DNA of 40,321 nucleotides, from positions 1-40,321 of IMG/VR virus record IMGVR_UViG_3300024187_000005. One strand, 5' to 3'. How positions within the stretch are numbered: position 1 is the stretch's first letter; each line of letters begins with the position of its first letter. This DNA is from a virus. Both the position numbers and the translations under genes were made by a program. Below the pieces are notes generated by a model, which was given only the letters and a program-made list of their open reading frames with translations, was not told the origin of the DNA and did no database searches. Positions 21,472-31,073 of this stretch are shown piece after piece.

Positions 21472-21875
21472 AAAAGACCCTCTCGCCACAGATGGAGCGG
21501 GCGCGTTACTTCAATCCTGCATTGCGCGAAACACCTGGCGATGGACCGATGGGCGACTTCATTATCGCGCCGTTTGGCGATCGCATGGTGATCGTTGCCA
21601 GCGACGGACGTGATTGGGATGAATGCGGGCTGGCTTATCCCGTGTGGGAGCACGTCTCCGTTTCTCTCAAGCGACGCTGCCCTACTTGGAAGGAGATGGA
21701 GTGGGTGCGTGACCAATTCTGGGAGCCTGACGAGTTGGTGTTGCAGTTCAGCATCCCGCGCGCTCAGCACATCAGCCACCATGCGAATTGTCTCCATCTG
21801 TGGAAGCCGGTCGGTGTCACAATCCCGCTACCGCCTACCATTACCGTCGCGCCCGCGATTGCAACAGGAGGCTGA
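21468..21875 (+). CDS. Conserved phage protein (WEHVSVS ... LHLW motif family)
   Basis: ATGA overlap. VWEHVSVSLKRRCPTWKEMEWVRDQFWEPDELVLQFSIPRAQHISHHANCLHLW resembles a widespread phage/prophage family that I cannot name with certainty. Confidence 0.75.
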   Translation: MKKTLSPQMERARYFNPALRETPGDGPMGDFIIAPFGDRMVIVASDGRDWDECGLAYPVWEHVSVSLKRRCPTWKEMEWVRDQFWEPDELVLQFSIPRAQHISHHANCLHLWKPVGVTIPLPPTITVAPAIATGG

Positions 21876-21876
21876 G

Positions 21877-22023
21877 ATGCCACTCGACAAGTCCAAGAGC
21901 AAGGCTGCGCGTCAGCGCAACATCGAGACGGAGATCGCAGCGGGCAAGCCACCGAAACAGGCGGTTGCGATCGCGTACGCCGTGCAGCGTCGTAAGCCTA
22001 AGGCGAGCAAGAAAGGCAAGTGA
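21877..22023 (+). CDS. Small basic protein (48 aa)
   Basis: ATG at 21877 after CAGGAGGCTGAG. MPLDKSKSKAARQRNIETEIAAGKPPKQAVAIAYAVQRRKPKASKKGK. Its TGA overlaps the terL GTG. Confidence 0.65.
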   Translation: MPLDKSKSKAARQRNIETEIAAGKPPKQAVAIAYAVQRRKPKASKKGK

Positions 22024-23663
22024 CCGACACCACCGCGCCCTACGCCTACGCCGGAGTCGTGGCGGCGCTGCGGCTGCCTTCCGAGAGCCCGCTCGATTAC
22101 TTCCGGTTCTCCGTGGATCGTCTGCGCGATGCCATGCGCATGTTCGTTGGCGACGATCCTATTGACGAACTGGCGTGCCGCGCTGCGAACAAGGGTGCCA
22201 AGACGTACAACCTCGCGGCCTACGTGCTTGCTTGCCTCCAGAAGCGCCACGAACTGGACGGTGTGCGACTCCCGCAATGGCGCGGGCCGGTAACTGCACT
22301 GTGTCTCGTGCCCGATCACGAACAGCAGAAGCTGAGTACGCAAAAGCATTTTCTGCGGCTGCTTGGGAAGTGGCCGGCGAAGTCCACATGGAAAGGCCAG
22401 GGGATTCTTGGCGAAGTTCGCGTGATGCCGATCAACGGCAATGACGATCTCTCGACGTGGTCGTCAATCACGTTCATGACCGCAAAGAATCCGCAGTCGG
22501 GAGTTGGTGCCCGCGCTGATGTTGTATGGGCTGATGAGCCGCCGCCGGAGATGGTGTGGCGCGAGATCCGCAAGGCGGCGGACGCTGGTAGGCGCATCAT
22601 CCGCCCGCTTGGCTTCACTCCGAGAATCCGCCGCGAGTGGGCGTGGATCCGTGACGAGTACGGCGACACGCCCCGCAACACAACGAAGCGCATTACACAG
22701 GATTGGGCGGAATGCCGTTGGTCGTTGTTCGACAACAAGGCGTTGACGCCCGAAGAAGTCGCCAAGTTGCTCCGCGAGTACAAGCGCGATGGGCTGTTCG
22801 ATGCGCGCGTTTACGGCGACTACGCGAACGAGGCCGGCGAGTGCCCGTTCGATGTGGCGACGCTGAACGCGATGCTCGCCGAGATTGGGGATTACGAGCC
22901 CGAGGTTGTCCAGTGGCGCGTGCCGGTGGAGTCCAACGATGGCGCGGCGCGCGACCGTATCATCCTGCCGGTTGAGGTGTTCTCACATCCTAAGCCGGGC
23001 GCGAGCTACTACTTCCCGATCGACCCCTCGGCGGGAGTGGACGACAGCCGGCACGACCCAGCTGGTATGCACGGGCGCGAGATTGGATCCGGAGATCTCG
23101 CGGTGCGTGTGGTGGGAGCGATCCCGCCCTATTCGATGGGCGTCCTCGCGGCCAGCCTCGCACGCCAATACAACAACGGTGTGGTTCAGCCGGAGGTCAA
23201 TGATGGCTTCGGCATGACTGTGTTGACGGGGATTCGCGACTCGCGCTACGGCAACATCGGATACGAGATGCGGGAATTGACGCCGGGCCAGTGGTCCAAG
23301 GAGTACGGCTTTCGCACGACGCCTAAGACGCGTCCCGGCATGATGGGTGCCATTCAAGCATGGATTGAGTCATGGCGGTCGGGTGTGAGGTACGCCAACT
23401 GCCCATCGCGGGCGATCATTGAGTGTCTGTTGGACTGCATTGTGGATGAGTCCGGCAAGCCAATCGCCGCTCCGGGTTTACACGATGAGGACCTGATTCT
23501 TTGGGGCCAGGGCCTGCGGCGCGCGGTAACCCGCTCCGGGCGGCACATTCCGGACATCGCGCCTAAGCCCAAGACGCCGGACGATGAGATCATGGCGCTC
23601 GTGATGGGGCACGACGAGGACGAGCGCCAGGTGCCGCGCTGGCGGGAGCGGCCGCGGATCTAG
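22020..23663 (+). CDS. terL: Terminase large subunit
   Basis: 547 aa. Deviant Walker A AANKGAKT, Walker B ADVVWADEPP, nuclease-domain motif YYFPIDPSAGVDDS. Lies upstream of the portal. Confidence 0.8.
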   Translation: MTDTTAPYAYAGVVAALRLPSESPLDYFRFSVDRLRDAMRMFVGDDPIDELACRAANKGAKTYNLAAYVLACLQKRHELDGVRLPQWRGPVTALCLVPDHEQQKLSTQKHFLRLLGKWPAKSTWKGQGILGEVRVMPINGNDDLSTWSSITFMTAKNPQSGVGARADVVWADEPPPEMVWREIRKAADAGRRIIRPLGFTPRIRREWAWIRDEYGDTPRNTTKRITQDWAECRWSLFDNKALTPEEVAKLLREYKRDGLFDARVYGDYANEAGECPFDVATLNAMLAEIGDYEPEVVQWRVPVESNDGAARDRIILPVEVFSHPKPGASYYFPIDPSAGVDDSRHDPAGMHGREIGSGDLAVRVVGAIPPYSMGVLAASLARQYNNGVVQPEVNDGFGMTVLTGIRDSRYGNIGYEMRELTPGQWSKEYGFRTTPKTRPGMMGAIQAWIESWRSGVRYANCPSRAIIECLLDCIVDESGKPIAAPGLHDEDLILWGQGLRRAVTRSGRHIPDIAPKPKTPDDEIMALVMGHDEDERQVPRWRERPRI

Positions 23664-23965
23664 GGGTGCGGGCTGCGTTGTACTGTTGCGCCGTGGATGG
23701 CCGTGTCACCGCGATTGCTCGCGCCCGGTGCTTGCGCGCTCCGGGATCCCTTTGGGCTCGACGCTACTTAGGTCCGATCGCGTATCCGCGTCGGCCGCAG
23801 CCCCCACTGGTTGCATTCTAGCACGGGATCTGACTAGCGGCGTGGCGCGGATGCTCGTAAAGTAGAACGCGCAGACGGGGAGTAAGTGCGGCAGGGACTT
23901 GCCGGTGCTTCGAGCACAGGAGGTCCGACCTGTCGGCCACAGACACCCGCACGCCCGCGCAGAAG

Positions 23966-25954
23966 GTGCGCGACATCCACCAGCGGCACTCCCCGTTCTG
24001 GACGCCCCTCCATCTAGCTATGGACGAGGAGGAGGCGTTCAACGACGGCGATCGCTACGCCGACGACGCGGGCCCCTTCAATCGCGACCGGCGCTCGATC
24101 CAGATCCGTGGCATGGAGACGAGCGATACCGTCCTCCACATCGCCGCCGACTCCACCAGCAAGCCCCGCAACGTAGAAACCCGCCCGATCGATAGCGCCG
24201 ACGATCCCGAGGCCGGCGAGGCCGCGGCGAGCCTCGTACAGAACGAGTTGGCGAATCCCTGGAAGGGCTTCGACGACTACTACGAGGAGGCCATCATCTC
24301 GGCGCGCGAGAAGCGGTTGGGCGTGGTGTGGATGGACTGGGACCCCGACTACGCGCCCTATGGCGAGATCTTCTACAGCTACGGCGACCCGCGGCGTTTC
24401 ATGTGGGACGAGGCGTACGATCCGCATCATCCTCTGTGCGGGTGGCTCCTGCGCGAGAAGCGCATGGACGTCGACGCCGCGCGCGAGTGCTACGACGTCC
24501 AGTGGCTCGAGCCCGACCGCGGATTCCAGAGTGGCTTGAGCAATGGCGGCATGCGGCCCTTGCTGGACTACCAGGGCCAGCCGATGCGGCCGACGCTTCT
24601 GGACGACAACAAGGTCACGCTGTGGGAGATGTGGTGGAAGAACGACCGCACCACGAAGCCCCCCAAGCAGACGCAGAACGTCCTGAAGCCGGATCAGCAG
24701 TACATGGCGTGCGCGGGTGGCTGCGGCTACCGGACGCCACCCGGCAAGGGCCAGCCGGAGCTGGCGCCGCAGGCGTGCCCGACGTGCGGCGGCGACCTGC
24801 ACAGGATCGACGCGCTCGACGTGGACGAGACATCGCTTGCGTACGCGCGCGGCCGCCGCCTGACGGTGATCGCCCCGTTCTGCTCGTCGCCCGACGATGA
24901 TCCGGTGCGGGACGGCTCATGGCCGATCCCCAAGGCGCGCAGCTTCCCCGGCCTGTTTATTACCTGCCACGTCAAGCCCGGTCGCCCGGTCGGTGCCTCC
25001 GACACCACGCGGCTGTGGGACCAGCAGATCGCGAGCGACACGCTGCGCACCACGGCGATTCAGCGCGTGCTCGAGCACCGGAACTACTGGGAGCTACCGC
25101 GTACTGGAATCGTGGACTACCGCAATCGCCGGTTCGAGTTCCGCGATGACCAGTTCAACGTGATGTACCGCGACAACAGTCACGAGATGGCACCGTCGGA
25201 GGTGATCCAGCACAACGGCACCGGCCTCGATCCCAACTTCGCCGCAGTGTTCAACATCACGCAAGCCTCGCTGACGATGTATCGCGGCGTCACAGATCTC
25301 GGGCTCACGCCGGACTCGAGCAAGGACATCCCGGTCGGCACGATCGACACGATGGTCCAGCAAGGCAACATCCAGGTCGCGTACTTCAACCGCCGTAAGA
25401 ACCGCGCACTATCCAAGTTCTACGGCGTGGTATGGGACTACGTGCGCGAGACCTACACGCCCGAGCGCATGTCGCGGCTCAACCTGGACGGTGCCGACAT
25501 CCTGGCGCGTCTCAACCCCGACGATCTGCCGAACTTCGATTTCGTGATCGAGGACTCGGCACCGTTCACCGGCGTCGAGAAGGAGCGCAGCGACGCGGCC
25601 AAGGAGCTGGTCGCGATGGCGGTGCAGCAACCCGACACGTGGGACTTGTACGCCGAACTGACGGGCGCACCCGCTTCGATTATCCGCAAGATCGAGAAGC
25701 GGATGGCCAAGCTCAAGGGCGAGGCGGACGCGCAGGGCGGTCCCAAGCCCGATCCCACGATGGTGGCGACGGGTGTCGCGAATTTGAAGAAAGCGGGTGC
25801 GCTGGTGACGCCCGAGCAGGAGCAGGCGGCGCTGACCGGAATGGGTCTGCCGCCCGCGCAGCAAACGAACGGACTCCCGCCGCAGTTGGCGGGTGCAGGT
25901 AACGGCCCCGGCATGGTGCCGGGTGCCATGAGCCCCAACGGGGCGGGGATGTGA
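23966..25954 (+). CDS. Portal protein (start uncertain: GTG 23966, or in-frame CTG 23930 six nt after AGGAGG)
   Basis: 662 aa, sited between terL and the scaffold/capsid genes. A perfect AGGAGG at 23918..23923 precedes an in-frame CTG at 23930. There is no good SD before 23966. Confidence 0.75.
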   Translation: MRDIHQRHSPFWTPLHLAMDEEEAFNDGDRYADDAGPFNRDRRSIQIRGMETSDTVLHIAADSTSKPRNVETRPIDSADDPEAGEAAASLVQNELANPWKGFDDYYEEAIISAREKRLGVVWMDWDPDYAPYGEIFYSYGDPRRFMWDEAYDPHHPLCGWLLREKRMDVDAARECYDVQWLEPDRGFQSGLSNGGMRPLLDYQGQPMRPTLLDDNKVTLWEMWWKNDRTTKPPKQTQNVLKPDQQYMACAGGCGYRTPPGKGQPELAPQACPTCGGDLHRIDALDVDETSLAYARGRRLTVIAPFCSSPDDDPVRDGSWPIPKARSFPGLFITCHVKPGRPVGASDTTRLWDQQIASDTLRTTAIQRVLEHRNYWELPRTGIVDYRNRRFEFRDDQFNVMYRDNSHEMAPSEVIQHNGTGLDPNFAAVFNITQASLTMYRGVTDLGLTPDSSKDIPVGTIDTMVQQGNIQVAYFNRRKNRALSKFYGVVWDYVRETYTPERMSRLNLDGADILARLNPDDLPNFDFVIEDSAPFTGVEKERSDAAKELVAMAVQQPDTWDLYAELTGAPASIIRKIEKRMAKLKGEADAQGGPKPDPTMVATGVANLKKAGALVTPEQEQAALTGMGLPPAQQTNGLPPQLAGAGNGPGMVPGAMSPNGAGM

Positions 25955-25958
25955 CCAC

Positions 25959-26684
25959 GTGACTACCGACGAGACGACGGGGACGCCGGGCACGGACGAC
26001 GGGGACGCGGCTGCGCAAACGCCGACGACCGGGACGCCGGGCACCGATGACCGGGACGCTACGACGGGCGAGCCGGACTACAAGCAGCTCTATCTCGCGA
26101 GCAAGGACAAGGTCGAGGCGGCGAACCGGATGGAGCGCGAACTCGCGGAGTTGCGAGCCGCGCGCGACGCCGAGCCGGAGGACGAGCCGGATGATGCCGG
26201 CACCGATGGCGACGGCGTGGACTGGGAGAAGGTCGCGGACTATGCGCGGCGCGGGGATCAGGTGGCTAAGGCGCAGATTGCCAACCGCCGCATGCAACTC
26301 GAGCTCGCCAAGAACGTGCGCGACAGCTTCCAGCTCCGCGACATCTCGGACGCTACCGAGCGCAAGGAAGTGCTCGCTCACTTCGCCAAGAACAAGCACC
26401 GCCTGGGCGACATCGGGGCGGCGCGGGCGGAAGTGCGGGAGCGCAAGCTCGAAGCTGAGAACGCACGGCTGACCAAGGAACTCGAACTCGCGAAGAAGAA
26501 GCCGCCGACAGACGTAGTCAGGACGCACACGAGGGAAGTCTCCGCGACCGAAACCAAAGCACGACAGATCGCTGGTGCTGATTTCGATCGCGAGCAGGCG
26601 CAGTTGCGCGCGCAGGGCAAGTACCACGAAGCCCTGCAGCGCCAGCAGGAAGTGCTTGCCGGCAAGATCGAGGTTGTGGACTAG
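25959..26684 (+). CDS. Scaffolding protein
   Basis: Acidic, helical protein (TGTPGTDD repeat, then long Glu/Arg/Lys/Ala helices) between portal and capsid. The antisense ORF 25713..26747 was rejected. Confidence 0.7.
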   Translation: MTTDETTGTPGTDDGDAAAQTPTTGTPGTDDRDATTGEPDYKQLYLASKDKVEAANRMERELAELRAARDAEPEDEPDDAGTDGDGVDWEKVADYARRGDQVAKAQIANRRMQLELAKNVRDSFQLRDISDATERKEVLAHFAKNKHRLGDIGAARAEVRERKLEAENARLTKELELAKKKPPTDVVRTHTREVSATETKARQIAGADFDREQAQLRAQGKYHEALQRQQEVLAGKIEVVD

Positions 26685-26700
26685 CGTCGGGAGATAGCCA

Positions 26701-27552
26701 ATGGCATCACCTCCGGTCATGAGCCCTGGCGGTACCACGGGCTTCAACTACACCAAGACCGCGCGGACGATCGAGGCCGCGACGTATCAGAAGCAGATCA
26801 TGATTCCGCTGATCGAGGAGGCGGAACGTCTCTACGGCGGCCTCACGCTGCGCAAGGCGGCGCGCGTGGCGGGTGCCGTGGTCGCGCAGAACTCGGACGG
26901 CACCGGTCTCACCTACGTCAACCCGATCGGTACCCCGGTCGCGTTGACGCCGGTCGGCAATGTCGTGCCGATCGCTTGGTCCGAGAACGAGGACGCGCAG
27001 ATGGATCAGGATCTCGATCCCATCGCCGTGGACTCGGGGACGAGCGCGCTGGCCGAACTCACCGACCAGTCGGTGTTGGCGCTGGTGCCGTCGCTGACCA
27101 ACTTCTTCGCAAACGCTGACGTGACTGCGGCGATTCTCTATCAGGCGCAGGGCCGTCTGATGGGGCAGACCAACGGCATGGCGACGCCGGGTGGGCGGCC
27201 TCAGGTGTACGCCGTGTTCTCGCACAAGCAGTTCCAGACGCTGGCGACCATCGACATCTTCAACAACGCGATGGTGCGCGGCGACTCGGAGAACCCGTAC
27301 GTGCAGGGGATTTGGACCAAGGGCGGCGGCTTGCTGCTCAAGCTGACGACCGTGGTTGCCAACGACGGCAACGGCGATCACAACGTCGTGTTCATCCCGA
27401 GCGCGTTCAAGATCTCGTGGAACGTGCGCAGCCGGATCAAGCGGCAGGAGCTGGAACTCCAGAACCGCGTGATTCTCTACAACAACGTCGGTAGCGGCAT
27501 CATGTTCGATGGCCGCGCCATCGACATCCGTACGACCGCCAACCACGCCTAA
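26701..27552 (+). CDS. Major capsid protein
   Basis: ATG after GGGAGATAGCCA. 283 aa with very high third-position GC. Lies directly after the scaffold gene. The call is positional, with no motif-level proof. Confidence 0.7.
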   Translation: MASPPVMSPGGTTGFNYTKTARTIEAATYQKQIMIPLIEEAERLYGGLTLRKAARVAGAVVAQNSDGTGLTYVNPIGTPVALTPVGNVVPIAWSENEDAQMDQDLDPIAVDSGTSALAELTDQSVLALVPSLTNFFANADVTAAILYQAQGRLMGQTNGMATPGGRPQVYAVFSHKQFQTLATIDIFNNAMVRGDSENPYVQGIWTKGGGLLLKLTTVVANDGNGDHNVVFIPSAFKISWNVRSRIKRQELELQNRVILYNNVGSGIMFDGRAIDIRTTANHA

Positions 27553-27610
27553 CCCGCGAGCGGGCGGCGGCCTGGACGGCGTCGCCCACCGCCTCAATCG
27601 GGAGGTAATG

Positions 27611-27868
27611 ATGGCAGAGGACAGGGGAAACGATTTCCAGGCACCTGTGTACGCCAAGGCCAGCGCCGCAGCGCACGCGCGCGTGGAGGCGGTGCTTGCG
27701 TCGCAGCGCAAGGCCAACGCCGAGGCGCGGGCCAAGGACAATGCGGCGCACGACAAGGTGATGGGCAAGGCTCCGGCTGCGCCCGCCGCACATGCGGTCG
27801 CGCCGACTCATCCCACGCCGACGCCGACGCAGGTTCATCCGGCGCCGACGCCGACTACGGGGGCCTGA
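27611..27868 (+). CDS. Small Ala/Pro-rich protein (85 aa; alternative ATG at 27608)
   Basis: GGGAGGTA ATG ATG. Pro/Thr-rich C-terminus HPTPTPTQVHPAPTPTTGA. Confidence 0.6.
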   Translation: MAEDRGNDFQAPVYAKASAAAHARVEAVLASQRKANAEARAKDNAAHDKVMGKAPAAPAAHAVAPTHPTPTPTQVHPAPTPTTGA

Positions 27869-27872
27869 CGCC

Positions 27873-28586
27873 ATGAGCACATTCGACGGCTCCGGTGTCC
27901 TCGGGATGTTGGGAGAGGATCCCATCCCGCGGGGCACACCCGACGAACTCCGGGCGGCGGGACTCGATCCACTCAAGATTGGTAGCTGCGCACCTCGTTC
28001 GCCAGGGGTGCGTGGCTGCCAGTTCGAATCGTTGTGCATTTTCGGGCAGCAGCGTTACGGCGGATTCAAGGGCAAGGGTCCGCGGTACGTGGGCTATTCC
28101 CTGATCACGATCGAGGGCACCGCCAAGCGCGACACCATCACATGCCACGGCTTCATTCGGGCGCTCTTGAATCGGATGCGCGCCGGCAATCAGGCGCGCG
28201 AGGAAGGCAAGCCGCACGAGTCGATCCGGATCGTCGCCCAAGAGGGCGAGGAGATCGAAGTCAACCCGTTCGAGCAGGTCGACCCCGACGACAAAAAGAT
28301 CACGGCGGCGATCAGGCGCAATCCCAAGGTGATCAAGGTTCCGCGCCACCCACGTCCTGCGGACAACCCGCAGGTGACGTTCGAGCAGCGGCTGTGGGCC
28401 GAGGAGAACGTGCGGCGCAAGTTCGATCCCGAGTTCTCGGGTCCGGCGCCGAACGAGCCGGACATCGACCGCGGCGGATTCGACATGGAGCCGGCAGGCG
28501 ATGCAGGACCGGAGGCGCCGCCGGCCAAGCAGACCACCGGCTCCACGCCGATTGCGGAGCCGGTGTTGGAGGGCAAGAAGAAATGA
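27873..28586 (+). CDS. Hypothetical virion-module protein (237 aa)
   Basis: ATG at 27873. MSTFDGSGVLGMLGEDPIPRGTPDELRAAGLDPLKIG... No recognisable motif. Confidence 0.7.
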   Translation: MSTFDGSGVLGMLGEDPIPRGTPDELRAAGLDPLKIGSCAPRSPGVRGCQFESLCIFGQQRYGGFKGKGPRYVGYSLITIEGTAKRDTITCHGFIRALLNRMRAGNQAREEGKPHESIRIVAQEGEEIEVNPFEQVDPDDKKITAAIRRNPKVIKVPRHPRPADNPQVTFEQRLWAEENVRRKFDPEFSGPAPNEPDIDRGGFDMEPAGDAGPEAPPAKQTTGSTPIAEPVLEGKKK

Positions 28587-28747
28587 AGCGCAACCCGCTC
28601 GACAACCTCAAGGACTACGCGCACCCGAAGGGTGGCTATCCTGCGGGTAAGCCGCAGAAGGGTGGCGCGACGCCGATGCAGAAGAAGGCGGCGGTGAAAG
28701 AGGATGCGATCGAGAAGGCGCGCGGCAAGCGGAGCCCCAAGCCGTGA
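28583..28747 (+). CDS. Small basic protein (54 aa)
   Basis: ATGA overlap. MKRNPLDNLKDYAHPKGGYPAGKPQKGGATPMQKK... Confidence 0.6.
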   Translation: MKRNPLDNLKDYAHPKGGYPAGKPQKGGATPMQKKAAVKEDAIEKARGKRSPKP

Positions 28748-29202
28748 GCGATCGCGAGTTGACGCCGCAGGCGGTGCGCGACCGTGAACGCGTGCAACGC
28801 TTGAAGCCCAAGGAGGACGACTTCAAGGGCAAGAAGGGGTACGAGCGTTATCACGTGGTCGAGGTCGGCGGTCAGCGCGTCAAGGTGCAGGGCGAGGCAC
28901 CGGACGGCTCGTACAAGTGGGCGTATCACTTCAAGCCCAACGACCACGGCAAGCTCACGCGCGAGGCGGCGGAGGTGGGCGAGATGCTGCGGCCGTTTCA
29001 GCGTGCGGACATCGAGCGCGTCGAGAACATGCCTCCCAGCGCGGCACTTGCCGAATCAACCGAGCGTTCGCGTGGACGGAGCCGCACGCACGTTACGGGG
29101 AGCCCGGTGGAGTGCCGCGCTGGCGGGCGTTGGTGCCTGACGACGCCTTATCCTTGGACGCCGGTGCCTGAGGGCGGATTGCCGGATGGGACGTGGGCAT
29201 GA
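28744..29202 (+). CDS. Hypothetical 152-aa protein (3' third has an alternative open frame)
   Basis: GTGA overlap at the start. Its stop is coupled to the next ATG (ATGA at 29199). Frame 3 (28917..29171) is also open with similar GC3. Confidence 0.6.
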   Translation: MSDRELTPQAVRDRERVQRLKPKEDDFKGKKGYERYHVVEVGGQRVKVQGEAPDGSYKWAYHFKPNDHGKLTREAAEVGEMLRPFQRADIERVENMPPSAALAESTERSRGRSRTHVTGSPVECRAGGRWCLTTPYPWTPVPEGGLPDGTWA

Positions 29203-29657
29203 TTACGAACGATCCGAGAGATCCGCGCCTGAAAGAGACCGACGCGAGCGGGATGCAGAAGGCGTATCTCGTGTTGAGCGATGAAGAGCGTGCGAAGGGG
29301 TTCGTGCGACCGTATCGCGAAAGCTACAAGCACGTCGGCGCGCGTCCGAAGTTTGAAACGCGCGACCTGACGCCAGAAGAGCAGGAGCGATACAAGGACT
29401 ACGGCTACGTGAAGTTTGAGGGCTATCCCGCGGACTACCCGTTCCCTGGAACGTCAGTGCGCGGGCGCTTCTGGACTAAGGAACAACTTGAATCGGGCTG
29501 CTGCACCGTCACGACGATGGGGCGCAAGATCGCGGAAACATATGCGCGCGATCCGGAGTTCTACGGCGCGACGTTCTGCTGCGGATGCGGCAAGCACCTT
29601 CCCGTGGGCGAGATGGGTGAGTTCGAGTGGCTTGATGGCTCAAAGGTGGGAACGTGA
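29199..29657 (+). CDS. Hypothetical Cys-containing protein (152 aa)
   Basis: ATG at 29199 (ATGA overlap). CCTVTTMGRKIAETYARDPEFYGATFCCGCGKHLP. Confidence 0.7.
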   Translation: MITNDPRDPRLKETDASGMQKAYLVLSDEERAKGFVRPYRESYKHVGARPKFETRDLTPEEQERYKDYGYVKFEGYPADYPFPGTSVRGRFWTKEQLESGCCTVTTMGRKIAETYARDPEFYGATFCCGCGKHLPVGEMGEFEWLDGSKVGT

Positions 29658-30352
29658 GCACGATCGCCTACGTCAGACTTAAAGTCGACCTTCGCCTGCG
29701 CCAGCTCGACAGCAAGAACCGCAGTTACCTGGTGCCTGAGGTCGACCAGGCGATCCGCGAGAAGTACGTGGCACGTATGGCGTCGATGCCGCCGTCGCAC
29801 GTGGCCGAGGCGTCTGCGTTCACGATCCTCGCCGGTACCGATACGTTCACGCTGCCCACGACCGGCTCGACCTACTCGGATGCGCTCGACGTGCGGCTGC
29901 AGCTCGTGACCACCGGCGGCTATCTCGGCAAGTACACGCAGGAGGAGTTCGAGCCGTGGGTCAGGAACCTGACCGCGCTTGTGCTGCAAGTCCCGCAGAT
30001 CTTCACGTTGTGGGAGGACCAGCGTGGCGTCGTGCACGGGCGCGTCTATCCGGGTGCGCTGGCGGATGAGCTGGTGAACGTGTTCCGCAGCCTGAGCCAC
30101 GAGGCGCCGACGTCGGCCACGGACTTGGACGCGGCCGCGATCTACCTGAACGAAGCTGCATGTGTGGCGTTGGCTGCCGACGTCGCCGCGGACCTTCTCG
30201 AAGCCATGACACCGGAGGATGCGGCGCGTCGGCGGCTCAATCCCGCCATCGTCGGCAGTTGGCGGCGCGAGGCGGCCAAGGTCTGGTACCAAGAATCCGC
30301 GCGGCGTAGCGACTTGGAAGGCGCTGGGCGCACGATGCGGTGGGTGCCGTGA
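29654..30352 (+). CDS. Virion structural protein (head-tail adaptor candidate)
   Basis: GTGA overlap. 232 aa. The call is positional only. Confidence 0.65.
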   Translation: MSTIAYVRLKVDLRLRQLDSKNRSYLVPEVDQAIREKYVARMASMPPSHVAEASAFTILAGTDTFTLPTTGSTYSDALDVRLQLVTTGGYLGKYTQEEFEPWVRNLTALVLQVPQIFTLWEDQRGVVHGRVYPGALADELVNVFRSLSHEAPTSATDLDAAAIYLNEAACVALAADVAADLLEAMTPEDAARRRLNPAIVGSWRREAAKVWYQESARRSDLEGAGRTMRWVP

Positions 30353-31056
30353 GCGTCCTGACTGTCACCGAGATCCGCACGCTCGCGCTCGAACGCCTGC
30401 AGGCCAACGTCGACGTCGATCCGCCGTTCGATGACACGCAGATCCTTGGCCACATCAACGACGCTTACGCCGACGTGTGGGAGATATGGGGCGGCGCGCT
30501 CAAGCGCGTGGCGGGTGCGACGCTCTGGACCCCGCAGCCTGCCGTCGACTTGGGCGGTACCTTCACGTCCGTACTCACGGACATCGACGATGTGCGCGAG
30601 GTGTTCTACTCGATCACGCCCGGCAGCGTGGGCGACGTGGTGGCTGGCGATACCGTGCTCGAGCCCACCACCTACTCGACGATCATGCGCATCCGCGAAA
30701 ACCAGGGCATGTTCGGCTCGTACGCGCGACCGATGCTGTACGCGATAGGGCCCGGCTTCTCGACGGTGCCGGCCGACGCGAACAAGCTGCAGCTCGACGT
30801 CTGGCCGGGGAAGATCGGCGCTAATTTCCCGACGCATTACGTGCCGCAGTTCACGCTGCTGGACTACGTGACGGTCACGGTGCCGAGCGTCAACGACCTG
30901 GCGTCGCGCGACATCGGCCTGCTCGCGGCCGTGCGCATGGGTCCGCTGTCGGGGCGTGCGGAACTGGTGCCCGGCATCATGGCCGATGTGTCGCAGCGCA
31001 CGCAGGAAGGGATTGCGCGCAAGCTCGCGATGGTGTCTGGCGGTAAGACGCAGTAA
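30349..31056 (+). CDS. Virion structural protein (adaptor/tail candidate)
   Basis: GTG at 30349 overlaps the upstream TGA (alternative GTG at 30340). 235 aa. Confidence 0.65.
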   Translation: MSVLTVTEIRTLALERLQANVDVDPPFDDTQILGHINDAYADVWEIWGGALKRVAGATLWTPQPAVDLGGTFTSVLTDIDDVREVFYSITPGSVGDVVAGDTVLEPTTYSTIMRIRENQGMFGSYARPMLYAIGPGFSTVPADANKLQLDVWPGKIGANFPTHYVPQFTLLDYVTVTVPSVNDLASRDIGLLAAVRMGPLSGRAELVPGIMADVSQRTQEGIARKLAMVSGGKTQ

Positions 31057-31073
31057 CCCACAAGGAGAACACG

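Noticed and set aside
23667-23822. 52-aa ORF (VRAALYCCAVDGRVTAIARARCLR...) in the terL-portal gap, and the minus-strand ORF 23818..24042
   Set aside because: Neither has an SD. Third-position GC is about 65 percent by my count, against about 80 percent in the capsid gene. The products are Arg-rich, and the minus ORF overlaps the portal 5' end.
23808-23822. Sigma54-like TGG-N10-GCA (TGGTTGCATTCTAGCA)
   Set aside because: Only the GG-N10-GC core matches. This pattern is expected by chance several times per 300 nt in GC-rich DNA, and no enhancer-binding activator is encoded.
28917-29171. Alternative open frame at the 3' end of gene 28744..29202 (possible -1 frameshift product ...AFAWTEPHARYGEPGGVPRWRALVPDDALSLDAGA)
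   Set aside because: Both frames have similar third-position GC. I found no X XXY YYZ slippery heptamer between 28917 and 29050. The zero-frame stop is ATGA-coupled to the next gene. It may still merit a check for an assembly indel.
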